Shown here piece by piece: positions 8,803-17,888 of a stretch of DNA of 44,053 bases. The position numbers and the translations under genes were made by a program. The stretch covers positions 1 through 44,053 of IMG/VR virus record IMGVR_UViG_2597489870_000002; one strand, written 5' to 3'. Every line of letters starts with the position of its first letter. The stretch's first letter is position 1. Below the pieces are notes generated by a model. It was given only the letters and a program-made list of their open reading frames with translations, was not told the DNA's origin and did not search any database. This DNA is from a virus. Lineage: Duplodnaviria; Heunggongvirae; Uroviricota; Caudoviricetes.

Positions 8803-8881
8803 ATTACCTATGAGGTAATAAAATATTCTAAAATCTATTGATTTCGTGTCTTATGTGGTTTTTAATTACCTCAGGGGTAAA
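8803..8881 (+). promoter_or_regulatory. Two palindromes bracketing a promoter-like region
   Basis: Perfect ATTACCTATGAGGTAAT (8803-8819). TTGATT (8838-8843), a 17-nt spacer containing ATGTGGTT (8853-8860), then TTTAAT (8861-8866). ATTACCTCAGGGGTAAA (8865-8881) ends 3 nt before the ATG at 8884. Confidence 0.55.
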
Positions 8882-8883
8882 TC

Positions 8884-9228
8884 ATGAGAAAACAGATACA
8901 GGCTCTTGGTCGACTCAAAACAGGCCAGATGAACAAAACAGAATCTGCGTATTGTCAGCACCTTGAGATGCGTAAACGTGCAGGAGAAATCGTCTGGTAT
9001 CGATTTGAGGGTATCAAGCTGCGGTTAGCTGACAACACGTTCTATACGCCAGATTTCGCTGTGATGCTCGCCACCGGAGAGATGGAACTGCACGAAGTGA
9101 AAGGTTTCTGGACCGACGACGCCAGGGTGAAAACCAAAGTCGCAGCAGACCAGTACCCGTTTCGCATTATCGGGGTAACGGTTAAGCCAAAGAAAGCGGG
9201 TGGCGGGTGGAACGTCGAAGAGTTCTAA
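8884..9228 (+). CDS. DUF1064-type protein (putative PD-(D/E)XK nuclease/resolvase)
   Basis: 114 aa. The pattern NKTESAYCQHLE..W.FEGIKLRLA..TFYTPDF..ELHEVKG matches DUF1064 as I remember it. Confidence 0.65.
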   Translation: MRKQIQALGRLKTGQMNKTESAYCQHLEMRKRAGEIVWYRFEGIKLRLADNTFYTPDFAVMLATGEMELHEVKGFWTDDARVKTKVAADQYPFRIIGVTVKPKKAGGGWNVEEF

Positions 9229-9289
9229 ATCGACGATCCTTTTTGATATCAACGTAATCAATAACTTATACGGGTAAGCGAGGGTAAAT

Positions 9290-9403
9290 GTGAAGAAGAA
9301 ATATACGGTTGGCGCAAAGGTAATGCTGGCAATCATATTCATAGCCAACATAGTTTCCGTTGCTGCGCTGGTTTGGTACATGGCTAAGGAGCTATCAGCA
9401 TGA
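9290..9403 (+). CDS. Candidate 37-aa membrane peptide
   Basis: Hand translation gives VKKKYTVGAKVMLAIIFIANIVSVAALVWYMAKELSA. GAGGGTAAA lies upstream, and the stop overlaps the next ATG (ATGA at 9400). Confidence 0.35.
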   Translation: MKKKYTVGAKVMLAIIFIANIVSVAALVWYMAKELSA

Positions 9404-9873
9404 AACCAACATACGAAGAACTTGAAGCCAAGTGCGCGGCTCTGGCTGCGGAGAACGCGGGGCTGAAGGCTAAGGGCCGCGAGCTTCTGGGTGAAGCGTG
9501 CGCCGTGTACGCAAAGTTCAATAAACTGATCGACCCGGCGATCGGGGATTTTATCGATGGTCAGACGCTTCATGAATTCCAGTATGTGCTCGACTGCGAA
9601 ACCCCGGCGACGGACGCTTTCCTGGCTGAAGTGCGGGCAAGTGCGCGTAATGAGGGCATCAACTATGCCGCCAGTCGTCTCGCAGCTGCATTCAATCATG
9701 GTTTCGTTGATAAGCCGCTGGCTGAAGTCTGCGACGTGGTACGCATGATTCTGGACACCAAAGAAGAACTGGCAAACTCCACGCTGCCAGCTGCTGATGG
9801 GATATCTGGCGAGTACGCAGAGAAGTTTCTCGCAGAGTTCGCCGCCCAACTTCGCAAAGGCGGTGAGGCATGA
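9400..9873 (+). CDS. Hypothetical protein with N-terminal coiled coil
   Basis: 157-aa ORF with ATGA coupling at both ends. Confidence 0.65.
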   Translation: MKPTYEELEAKCAALAAENAGLKAKGRELLGEACAVYAKFNKLIDPAIGDFIDGQTLHEFQYVLDCETPATDAFLAEVRASARNEGINYAASRLAAAFNHGFVDKPLAEVCDVVRMILDTKEELANSTLPAADGISGEYAEKFLAEFAAQLRKGGEA

Positions 9874-10067
9874 GCGACAACACCAAAGAGCTGAATTATA
9901 ACCCGGAAGACCCTGAAAAAATGCAACTCCCGAATGGTAAGACCTGCGGCGACTGCGCCCATATCCGTCGCTGTAAGGCAATTTTCGGGCATACAGAAAC
10001 GGATACCTATTGCGACTGGTCGCCATCTCGTTTCATTCCCGTGAAGACTGAAGGAGCCGCGCTATGA
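9870..10067 (+). CDS. Hypothetical small Cys-containing protein
   Basis: 65 aa with ATGA coupling at both ends. Confidence 0.6.
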   Translation: MSDNTKELNYNPEDPEKMQLPNGKTCGDCAHIRRCKAIFGHTETDTYCDWSPSRFIPVKTEGAAL

Positions 10068-10378
10068 GTCTATTCCAGTGCGAAAACTGCGGGTGCTGTG
10101 AAAACACGGCGCTCTCATCACAAGGGTGCGTCGGGTTCTTCGAAAAACTATTTGATTGGTCTTATGCGCCAGAGCGAAAAGGAATGCGTTTATGTAGCGC
10201 GTGTGCGCCGGTTAAATACCGCGATGGTAACTCGACGAGATTTGGTGAATGGCATGATGTATTCCCACGGGTATACCTGCCGAAAGGGATGTTCGTAACC
10301 AACGGTGTTGTTAACTTAGCCCATCGAGATACCGGAGATGAAGACTATATGAAATACGCTCTGGAGGTATCCCAATGA
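10064..10378 (+). CDS. Hypothetical Cys-rich protein
   Basis: 104 aa with CENCGCCEN...CSAC. Coupled to its neighbours. Confidence 0.6.
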   Translation: MSLFQCENCGCCENTALSSQGCVGFFEKLFDWSYAPERKGMRLCSACAPVKYRDGNSTRFGEWHDVFPRVYLPKGMFVTNGVVNLAHRDTGDEDYMKYALEVSQ

Positions 10379-10761
10379 CAGCACTCAACAAACAGGCGCT
10401 GCTAATCGAAAACGGTCAACTTGTTGCCGATACTCTACGCCACTTAGCCGATAACGAAATCGACTCTGATTATTTTGCTATCACCTCAACGAGTGAGAAC
10501 GGCACTGAAATTGAGCATGAACTGGTTATAACTGATTATGCTCTACAGGCTGCAGGAACAGTAGACGAATTGGTTAGAGCGCTAGAAGCCGCAGAGAAGC
10601 GCATAGCAGAACTGGAAGCGGTGCGTGAAGTGTTTTTACGTGCAAAGGCTCTGATGTATCAATCTGGCGGTGCGCCCATCGAAAACTCGCTGAATCCGAT
10701 TGATGCGTGGTTGTATGACGCAGAACGCGCTGCCGCTGGCATTGGCGTGAAGGGGGAGTGA
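10375..10761 (+). CDS. Hypothetical protein (ead/Ea22-like coiled coil?)
   Basis: 128 aa. MTALNKQAL...EKRIAELEA resembles Ea22-like proteins; this is a weak call. Confidence 0.55.
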   Translation: MTALNKQALLIENGQLVADTLRHLADNEIDSDYFAITSTSENGTEIEHELVITDYALQAAGTVDELVRALEAAEKRIAELEAVREVFLRAKALMYQSGGAPIENSLNPIDAWLYDAERAAAGIGVKGE

Positions 10762-10762
10762 G

Positions 10763-11128
10763 ATGGCGCTGACGAAAAAACAACGCGCAGAGCTACGCAT
10801 GAAGTTTGGCGGTCGCTGTGCTTATTGCGGGTGCGAGCTTGGTGATAAGTGGCATGCCGACCACGTTAAGCCTGTCATTCGTTTTGATGGGAATATGCTT
10901 CACCAGGAACGTGACGATATATCAAACATGGTTCCAGCATGCCACCCATGCAATCTGCACAAGCATTGCAGTAGCCTGGAAGATTACCGGCGAATTATCG
11001 GCGATGGTCGTCGCGAGTTCCTTGTATCCGGGAAAGGAAAAGCGCTGGTTCGTATGGGATTGGTTGAAATGAAATCTGACCCAGTGGTGTTCTGGTTTGA
11101 AAAATATCAAGAAGGGGCTACGGCATGA
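10763..11128 (+). CDS. HNH endonuclease
   Basis: CAYCGCEL..WHADHVKPV...VPACHPCNLHKH. Confidence 0.85.
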   Translation: MALTKKQRAELRMKFGGRCAYCGCELGDKWHADHVKPVIRFDGNMLHQERDDISNMVPACHPCNLHKHCSSLEDYRRIIGDGRREFLVSGKGKALVRMGLVEMKSDPVVFWFEKYQEGATA

Positions 11129-11979
11129 CAACTAACCACCCGGCGCACGGTCCTGTATCACTCGATCGCCTGCGCCAGATAAGCGAAATACTCAGCAAAG
11201 CAGCAGCACAAAGCGACGGCGGCAATCTTGGCTACGCAATGGCTGATGCTGTGAAGGTGATTGAAGGGGTGATTGCAGCGTTTGGTGCCGAGCCTGTGCT
11301 TTATGCCGCGGAGGAAACTCTTGCTTATGCCAGGATGGGTGAGCTTCACCTTAAGTGCCTGTCTCAGCCAATGGGATATGCGGTAATTCCACTCTACACT
11401 ACCCCGCCAGCGCAGGTAGTGCCGGAGAATTGCGTAACAGCAGAACACCGTCGCGTTATTGAAATGCTGCTCAATGTTTGCGGGGCCGCATTCGAACTCG
11501 CAGATGATAGCTGTCAGCAAGATGTTGATGGCGAAGAGTGCCACGTTGTTCCAGACGACGCATTTCAGAAGCTAAGTGATGCGCTGGACGAAATAGAAAA
11601 CACTCTCCCGACAGAAGATGTCGACAGGCCAGACGTATTTCTTGCCTGGTCGGCAATGCCAAGGGCAGCGCTGAAATCTATTCTCCAGGCTGGCAACTCT
11701 CCGGTAACTCCGGATGACGTACTCCGCATGGACTGGCTGGTATCTAAAACCGTTGATGTTCGTGAGCCTATGGTTTACGGAAGCCATAGCATTTTCTGGT
11801 CGCAGACCATCACGGATGAAGATGACGATTATCACGCGACCAAATTACGTGAGCAAATCGATGCAGCTATGGCAGCTGAGCAGGCAGCAGCCCCGCAGCA
11901 GGGCGTGAAGTCAGCGCTTGAGCATGGAATGCAGCGTTACGCCGGGGCTATGCAAAAACTGTCAGAAGGAGATAAGTGA
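11125..11979 (+). CDS. Hypothetical protein
   Basis: 284-aa ORF with an ATGA overlap to the HNH gene. Confidence 0.65.
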   Translation: MTTNHPAHGPVSLDRLRQISEILSKAAAQSDGGNLGYAMADAVKVIEGVIAAFGAEPVLYAAEETLAYARMGELHLKCLSQPMGYAVIPLYTTPPAQVVPENCVTAEHRRVIEMLLNVCGAAFELADDSCQQDVDGEECHVVPDDAFQKLSDALDEIENTLPTEDVDRPDVFLAWSAMPRAALKSILQAGNSPVTPDDVLRMDWLVSKTVDVREPMVYGSHSIFWSQTITDEDDDYHATKLREQIDAAMAAEQAAAPQQGVKSALEHGMQRYAGAMQKLSEGDK

Positions 11980-12176
11980 TGGATAAATGTCGCGGAGTTT
12001 TAGGCTTTCTGTTCGGTCATTCATATCGTCATGCAATTACCAGAGGCTATCCTTCCGCAAAACTTGGGGAAGTGAAAGGTAGCAGCTCGTTCATCATCAG
12101 TTTGATAGATAAAACAAGGCCAGAGACATTTCATGGCATCTACTGCAAGCGATGCGGGAAGGTGATCAATGGCTAA
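11979..12176 (+). CDS. Hypothetical small protein
   Basis: The ATG at 11979 overlaps the upstream TGA. The track start is a GTG at 11976. Confidence 0.5.
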   Translation: MDKCRGVLGFLFGHSYRHAITRGYPSAKLGEVKGSSSFIISLIDKTRPETFHGIYCKRCGKVING

Positions 12177-12507
12177 ATCCGCAGCAGAACGCAAAAAAGC
12201 GCAGCGGACCCGCCAGGCAGAAGCCGGTAACCGCAAGCTGGAACTGGTGCTCGACGAGCAGGAAATGGAGATGCTGGCGCTAAACTGCGCCGCCCGTCGC
12301 CCTGGTCGTGCGCCGTATGACATGAACGAGTACATCGCGTTGCTTATCCGCCAGGACGATGCGCGAGTGCGTGGCCGTATCAAGTCAATCAGTGCCAACA
12401 AGTGCGGGAAGTGCGGCGATGCGCTGCCAGTTGAGTCGTGTCCGTGCGATGGTGATTCTCAGTGCTGGGTGACACGTGGCTGGCATGAGACTAAATTATC
12501 AGTGTGA
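12169..12507 (+). CDS. Hypothetical protein with RHH-like N-terminus and Cys-rich C-terminus (possible regulator)
   Basis: 112 aa. SAAERKKAQRTRQAEAGNRKLELVLDEQEMEML, then CGKCGD..CPCDGDSQC. The last gene before the packaging module. Confidence 0.6.
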   Translation: MAKSAAERKKAQRTRQAEAGNRKLELVLDEQEMEMLALNCAARRPGRAPYDMNEYIALLIRQDDARVRGRIKSISANKCGKCGDALPVESCPCDGDSQCWVTRGWHETKLSV

Positions 12508-12537
12508 CAGTCACGCTAGCGACAATAAATTGCAATG

Positions 12538-12564
12538 GCCGCCGACTATGGCGGCTTTGTTTTG
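12538..12564 (+). terminator. Rho-independent terminator
   Basis: Stem GCCGCC / GGCGGC with loop GACTAT, followed by TTTGTTTT. Confidence 0.75.
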
Positions 12565-12573
12565 CGTGTTACT

Positions 12574-12608
12574 ATTACCAAAACGGTAATTATTACTTTG
12601 GTGGTAAC
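12574..12608 (+). promoter_or_regulatory. Tandem palindromes immediately upstream of terS
   Basis: Perfect ATTACCAAAACGGTAAT (12574-12590) and ATTACTTTGGTGGTAAC (12592-12608). The ATG is at 12610. Confidence 0.6.
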
Positions 12609-12609
12609 A

Positions 12610-13206
12610 ATGCCCGCAGAACCAAAGGCACCAAAACGCAAATCAACGCAGTACAAGCCACTGACAGCGATGCAGGAGGCTTACGCGCAGGAATATACCA
12701 AATGCCCAGAGAATCAGACGCAGGCAGCGATTAACGCAGGATTCTCACCTAATACGGCAGCGGTCAAAGCCAGCGTCATGATGCGTGATGAGCGCATTCA
12801 GAAACGAATAGCTGAACTGATGGAAGAGCGCAACAAGCGACTGCGCGTCAGTGCTGATTACGTGCTACTCCGTCTGGTGGAAATTGACCAGATGGATGTG
12901 ATGGATATCCTGAACGACGATATGAGCATCAAGCCGGTTTCAGAATGGCCCAAGGTCTGGCGGCAGTACCTGACAGGGTTCGAGCTTGCCGACATGTTCG
13001 AAGGTCGTGGCGACGAGAAAGAATTGGTTGGCATCCTCAAAAAAATAAAATGGCCGGACAAGGTGAAGAACCTTGAGCTTATCGGTAAGCACGTCGACGT
13101 CAACGCGTTCAAAGAGCGCCTTGAGGTATCCGGTACCGTCACCATTGCCGACCGCATGGCGAAGGCCCGCCGTCGTGTGAAAGAGCAGGCTGGTGGTGAA
13201 GAATGA
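12610..13206 (+). CDS. terS: Terminase small subunit
   Basis: Internal ATG at 12610 (MPAEPKAP..). LTAMQEAYAQEYTKCPENQTQAAINAGFSPNTAAVKASVMMRDERIQKRI fits the Terminase_2 small-subunit pattern. ATGA coupling to terL. Confidence 0.8.
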   Translation: MPAEPKAPKRKSTQYKPLTAMQEAYAQEYTKCPENQTQAAINAGFSPNTAAVKASVMMRDERIQKRIAELMEERNKRLRVSADYVLLRLVEIDQMDVMDILNDDMSIKPVSEWPKVWRQYLTGFELADMFEGRGDEKELVGILKKIKWPDKVKNLELIGKHVDVNAFKERLEVSGTVTIADRMAKARRRVKEQAGGEE

Positions 13207-14684
13207 CAGCTGCAGCCATGTCGCCGGAAGAGCAACTCGTCGAGGATATCGCAGGGTTCACGTATGACCCGCTGGGCTATGCGTTGTATGCGTTCCCGTG
13301 GGGAGAAGAGGGCACTGAGCTGGCACATGCCACCGGTCCCCGAAAATGGCAGGCCGACGCATTCCGCGAGATACGCGATCACCTCCAGAATCCGGCAACA
13401 CGTCACCAGCCGATAATGCTGGCTCGCGCATCCGGTCATGGCATCGGTAAATCTGCGTTCATCTCGATGCTGATTAACTGGGGCATGTCGACCTGTGAAG
13501 ACTGCAAGGTAGTGGTGACAGCCAACACCGACAACCAGTTACGCACCAAAACATGGCCGGAAATCATCAAATGGTCGAACCTGGCTATCACAAAAGAATG
13601 GTTTACCTGCACCGCCACGGCGATGTACAGCAACGATCCGGGTCACGACAAACGCTGGCGCGCTGACGCAATCCCATGGTCTGAGCATAACACCGAGGCA
13701 TTTGCCGGACTGCACAACGAGCGAAAGCGCATCATCGTCGTATTCGACGAAGCGTCCAACATTGCCGATCTGGTGTGGGAAGTAGCAGAGGGTGCTCTGA
13801 CGGACGAGGACACCGAGATTATCTGGGTGGCGTTCGGAAACCCGACGCGTAACACCGGGCGTTTCCGCGAATGCTTCCGCAAGTACAAGCACCGCTGGAA
13901 GTGCGCGCAGATTGACAGCCGCACCGTGGAAGGAACCAACAAGGAGCAACTGCAAAAATGGGTGGACGACTACGGCGAGGATAGCGACTTCGTGAAAGTC
14001 CGTGTACGCGGGATCTTCCCTGATGCGTCTGAAAACCAGTTCATCCCATCCGGACTGACGCAACCAGCTGTTGGCAGGGTTATTACTCCGGCACAGGTCC
14101 AGCATGCTGCTGTAGTTCTTGGAGTCGACCCGTCTCACCAGGGTAAAGACCCCGCAGTTATCTACCTGAGGCAGGGGCTGCACTGCAAAAAACTCGGGGA
14201 GTGGCAGCGTACCACTGACGATGTGCTGTTTGCGAAAGTGATTGCCGACTTCGAGGATCAGTACCAGGCTGACGCTGTGTTTATCGATTACGGCTATGGC
14301 ACAGGTCTTAAATCTGTTGGCGATAACTGGGGGCGCAACTGGACGCTGATAATGTTCGGCAGCGGTACGGCAGATCCCGAGATGGGCAACAAACGCGGCG
14401 AGATGTATAAATCCGCCCGTGACGCGCTGAAGCTTGGTGCGCAACTGGATAGCCAGGAACTTGCCGACGAACTGAGCGCACCTGAATACAAAGTCAGGCT
14501 GAAGGACAGCAGGAAGATTTTACAGGACAAGGACGAGGTGAAAGAATTGCTTGGCCGGTCACCGAACAATGCCGACGCCTATGTGCTGACTTATGCCGCT
14601 CCTGTTACCAAAAAACAGTTCAACTATGGGCAGCAGCAAAGCCAGCAGGGTAAGGCTCTCACAGAGTACGATCCCTATGCTTGA
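13203..14684 (+). CDS. terL: Terminase large subunit
   Basis: 493 aa. Walker-A-like ASGHGIGKSAF, VVFDEAS (Walker B-like), and its position after terS. Confidence 0.85.
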   Translation: MTAAAMSPEEQLVEDIAGFTYDPLGYALYAFPWGEEGTELAHATGPRKWQADAFREIRDHLQNPATRHQPIMLARASGHGIGKSAFISMLINWGMSTCEDCKVVVTANTDNQLRTKTWPEIIKWSNLAITKEWFTCTATAMYSNDPGHDKRWRADAIPWSEHNTEAFAGLHNERKRIIVVFDEASNIADLVWEVAEGALTDEDTEIIWVAFGNPTRNTGRFRECFRKYKHRWKCAQIDSRTVEGTNKEQLQKWVDDYGEDSDFVKVRVRGIFPDASENQFIPSGLTQPAVGRVITPAQVQHAAVVLGVDPSHQGKDPAVIYLRQGLHCKKLGEWQRTTDDVLFAKVIADFEDQYQADAVFIDYGYGTGLKSVGDNWGRNWTLIMFGSGTADPEMGNKRGEMYKSARDALKLGAQLDSQELADELSAPEYKVRLKDSRKILQDKDEVKELLGRSPNNADAYVLTYAAPVTKKQFNYGQQQSQQGKALTEYDPYA

Positions 14685-14707
14685 AAAAGCCCGCGAATCG
14701 GCGGGCT
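14684..14707 (-). terminator. Terminator for the reverse-oriented 201-aa gene
   Basis: Stem AGCCCGC / GCGGGCT (14688-14707) with an A-run on the plus strand, which reads as a T-run on the minus strand. Confidence 0.7.
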
Positions 14708-14727
14708 AGTTGTGACATGTCACGGCT

Positions 14728-15333
14728 TTAGTCCTGTAAATATTCTTCGGTGCTCACAGCCAGCCGGCCTTCTAACAGTTCAGCGTGAGTGCTATCAATG
14801 ATAACCGAATGATGCGGGTGAACATTTTGAGCCAGCCATTTAATTACTGGTCTTGTCACTTCTTCGAATGAGTCAGCTAAGGCTTTGTTTGTGTCTGTGA
14901 TATTGCAATCACCAAGATTAATGGCATCAAATCCAGCGTTGATGGCTTCCGCAATATTGGTGGCATTGGTTTTATCGAATTGCCCATTCTGAATAAGCGC
15001 CGCATGCAGACATTGTAACTTCATGTTGTATAAGTGTTCTCGCATGTAATCATCATCACTTTTTTCTTTAGCGTAAACAGCGCGAGAAATATCAAATACA
15101 TTACCTTTTTCCATTTCCGTCCGCTGGGCTGCAATCCAGTCATGACTTGTAACGCTAGTCCCATGGTCTTCACTAAGCGGTAACCCGGCCAGTCGTTCAC
15201 CAGGAATTACCTCGTAATGCATTTCGTTACCGGCAAAAACACCATAAAAAATAGAGTCATCAGCTTGAACGATGCGGGAATATTTTAAAGGCCATTCATT
15301 TAGATATTTAGCCAACATATCAACTGTTTTCAT
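14728..15333 (-). CDS. Hypothetical 201-aa moron protein
   Basis: AT-rich ORF in the opposite orientation between terL and the portal gene. SD AAGGTGAG lies upstream. I recognise no motif in it. Confidence 0.7.
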   Translation of the reverse strand: MKTVDMLAKYLNEWPLKYSRIVQADDSIFYGVFAGNEMHYEVIPGERLAGLPLSEDHGTSVTSHDWIAAQRTEMEKGNVFDISRAVYAKEKSDDDYMREHLYNMKLQCLHAALIQNGQFDKTNATNIAEAINAGFDAINLGDCNITDTNKALADSFEEVTRPVIKWLAQNVHPHHSVIIDSTHAELLEGRLAVSTEEYLQD

Positions 15334-15344
15334 AATCTCACCTT

Positions 15345-15368
15345 AAAAAAATGCCCACCGGAGTGGGC
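15345..15368 (-). terminator. Rho-independent terminator downstream of the tRNA transcript
   Basis: On the minus strand: GCCCAC-TCCG-GTGGGC followed by ATTTTTTT. Confidence 0.75.
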
Positions 15369-15541
15369 GAACTGGAAGCAAGGATGCCTTCCATGGCAGT
15401 TACGGGTTTACAGCGCAACGTCATCGCAATGGCGTTCTGCTGTAAAAGTGACGGTGGTCAGCATCAAGGGAAACTGCCACCGCCAATAGCTACACAGCAT
15501 CGTTCTTATGGGCGCTTCATCACGGTCCTAAGGCGTGATTC

Positions 15542-15618
15542 TGGTGCGGCATGCAGGATTCGAACCTGCGGCCAACCGCTTAGAAGGCGGTTGCTCTATC
15601 CAACTGAGCTAATGCCAC
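15542..15618 (-). tRNA. tRNA-Arg (anticodon UCU), argU-like, with CCA encoded
   Basis: Hand-folded cloverleaf: GTGGCAT-TA-GCTC-AGTTGGATA-GAGC-A-ACCGC-CTTCTAA-GCGGT-TGGCC-GCAGG-TTCGAAT-CCTGC-ATGCCGC-A-CCA. Confidence 0.9.
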
Positions 15619-15881
15619 AACGCTGAGAGCACTCCCATCTTTGCTAATGGGCTTCAAGAGCGGCAGGCCTACCACTTGGAATGCTCTCATCGTTGCATCC
15701 TCGTCTATTCCGAGGTGTCACACCGTATCGCCACGATGGTGAGTCGTCATGTCCGTGCTTACCTGACACTGGCTTGCACATTCCGGCTACCCGGCTGGGG
15801 AAGTAGCATCAAGTGAACCCATCCGGACCGCTGCGGCACATGTGCCATATACCGTACATCCACTGCGTCACATCAACATCA

Positions 15882-15960
15882 ATTACCTAAAAGGTAATAT
15901 CTGATGTTATAGGTGTCAATAGCCTACGCTAAATAAATCATATGTGGTTAAATTGGTAAT
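15882..15960. promoter_or_regulatory. Palindrome and promoter-like elements between the tRNA unit and the head operon
   Basis: Perfect ATTACCTAAAAGGTAAT (15882-15898). GGTGTCAATAG (15912-15922) has a complement containing TTGACA. ATGTGGTT (15942-15949), N5, then GGTAAT (15955-15960). Confidence 0.55.
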
Positions 15961-15987
15961 AATTTAATTGCGTACGGAGCTATTGCT

Positions 15988-16194
15988 ATGTGTATCGGCA
16001 GCAAGCCATCAGTGCCAGCAGCACCAGAAGTACAGGCCGCGCCACAGGAGCAGGATGCAGCAGTTGTCAGTTCTCGTGACGACGAAGAGCGCCGCCGCCG
16101 TGCAGCCGCTGGCCGCAGTTCCACTCTGCTGACTGGTGCACAGGGCGACACCTCAACCGCAAACACCAGCGGTAAAACGCTGCTCGGTCAGTAA
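15988..16194 (+). CDS. Small hypothetical protein preceding the portal gene
   Basis: 68 aa with the SD GGAG upstream. First gene of the head operon. Confidence 0.6.
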   Translation: MCIGSKPSVPAAPEVQAAPQEQDAAVVSSRDDEERRRRAAAGRSSTLLTGAQGDTSTANTSGKTLLGQ

Positions 16195-16208
16195 CGGAGT
16201 AGGCAGAG

Positions 16209-17888
16209 ATGGCGGAAACCGAAAAAGAGCGTCTGCTGAAGCAGCTCGCACAGCTGAAGAGTGAGCGCACATCGTTCGAGTCACACTGGCGTGACCTGAG
16301 CGATTTTATCAATCCGCGCGGTTCCCGCTTTCTGACGTCTGATGTAAACCGTGATGATCGTCGTAACACTAAGATTATTGATCCTACCGGTTCAATGGCT
16401 CAGCGCATTCTGTCCAGCGGCATGATGTCCGGCATCACCAGTCCGGCCCGCCCATGGTTCAAACTGGCAACGCCTGACCCTGACATGATGGATTATGGTC
16501 CGGTTAAGGTGTGGCTTGAAGTCGTGCAGCGCCGTATGAACGAAGTGTTCAACAAGTCGAACCTGTATCAGTCATTGCCTGTCATGTACGCCAGCCTGGG
16601 TACTTTCGGTACCGCTGCAATGGCTGTGCTCGAAGATGACCAGGACGTGATTCGCACAATGCCTTTCCCGATTGGCTGCTACTACCTGGCTAACAGCCCG
16701 CGCGGCAGCGTCGACACATCCTTCCGTCAGTTCTCCATGACTGTTCGTCAACTGGTGCAGGAATTTGGGCTGGATAACGTCAGCTCATCGGTGCAGGGGA
16801 TGTGGCAAAACGGCACGTATGAAACGTGGATCGAAGTTAACCACTGCATCACGCCAAACGTTAACCGCGACACCGGGAAGATGGACAGCAAGAACAAGCC
16901 ATTCCGCTCTGTCTACTTCGAGACTGGCGGCGACGCTGACAAGCTGCTGCGTGAATCCGGCTTTGATGAATTCCCGATCCTTGCTCCGCGCTGGGAAGTG
17001 AACGGCGAAGACGTTTACGCCTCATCCTGCCCTGGCATGCTGGCACTCGGTCAGGTTAAAGCCCTTCAGGTTGAGCAGAAACGTAAAGCGCAACTGATCG
17101 ATAAGGCTACCAACCCGCCAATGGTTGCACCTACCTCGCTAAAAACACAGCGTGTTTCCCTGCTGCCTGGTGATGTGACGTACCTCGACGTGTTGAGCGG
17201 TCAGGACGGTTTCAAACCTGCATATCTGGTAAACCCGAATACTGCAGATCTTCTGGCTGACATTCAGGATACCCGCCAGACCATCAACAGCGCCTACTTC
17301 GTCGACCTCTTCATGATGCTGCAAAACATCAACACCCGCTCGATGCCTGTTGAAGCGGTGATCGAAATGAAAGAAGAAAAACTTCTGATGTTGGGGCCGG
17401 TTCTGGAGCGTCTGAACGACGAATGTCTTAATCCTCTCATTGACCGCGCTTTCTCGATGATGGTGCGTAAAAACATGCTGCCGCCACCGCCTGACGCGAT
17501 GGAAGGCATGCCCCTGAAGGTCGAATACATTTCCGTCATGGCTCAGGCGCAGAAGTCTATCGGCCTGTCCAGTCTGGCGTCCACGGTTAACTTCATTGGT
17601 CAACTTGCGCAAGCGAAACCAGAAGCTCTCGACAAACTCAACGTTGATCAGGCGATCGATGCATTCGCTGATATGTCCGGAGTGTCTCCAACCGTTATTG
17701 TTCCGCAGGAACAGGTTGAGCAGGCCCGCCAGCAACGGGCACAGCAGCAACAGCAGCAACAAATGATGGCGATGGGGATGGCGGCGGCACAGGGTGCCAA
17801 GACGCTAAGCGAAGCTAAAACTTCGGATCCGAGTGTTTTGTCAGCTATGGCGAATGCAGTTAGTGGTCAGGGTGGGCAATCACAATGA
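16209..17888 (+). CDS. Portal protein (by size and position)
   Basis: 559 aa. The first large gene of the head module, with a Gln-rich C-terminal tail. Confidence 0.7.
   Translation: MAETEKERLLKQLAQLKSERTSFESHWRDLSDFINPRGSRFLTSDVNRDDRRNTKIIDPTGSMAQRILSSGMMSGITSPARPWFKLATPDPDMMDYGPVKVWLEVVQRRMNEVFNKSNLYQSLPVMYASLGTFGTAAMAVLEDDQDVIRTMPFPIGCYYLANSPRGSVDTSFRQFSMTVRQLVQEFGLDNVSSSVQGMWQNGTYETWIEVNHCITPNVNRDTGKMDSKNKPFRSVYFETGGDADKLLRESGFDEFPILAPRWEVNGEDVYASSCPGMLALGQVKALQVEQKRKAQLIDKATNPPMVAPTSLKTQRVSLLPGDVTYLDVLSGQDGFKPAYLVNPNTADLLADIQDTRQTINSAYFVDLFMMLQNINTRSMPVEAVIEMKEEKLLMLGPVLERLNDECLNPLIDRAFSMMVRKNMLPPPPDAMEGMPLKVEYISVMAQAQKSIGLSSLASTVNFIGQLAQAKPEALDKLNVDQAIDAFADMSGVSPTVIVPQEQVEQARQQRAQQQQQQQMMAMGMAAAQGAKTLSEAKTSDPSVLSAMANAVSGQGGQSQ

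Noticed and set aside
13539-14444. 301-aa minus-strand ORF inside terL. Similar antisense ORFs occur at 9025..10026, 12858..13439, 17139..17762, 18313..18894, 20421..20900 and 30529..30990.
   Set aside because: All are fully nested antisense to better-supported plus-strand genes. Their composition is biased and they have no independent start signals.
15351-15626. 91-aa plus-strand ORF
   Set aside because: It runs antisense across the tRNA-Arg gene and the hairpin-rich RNA region, so it is an artefact of the absence of stops.
15944-15952. TGTGGTTAA as a DnaA box
   Set aside because: It mismatches the TGTGNAWAA complement consensus at a conserved position. The other ATGTGGTT copies deviate further.
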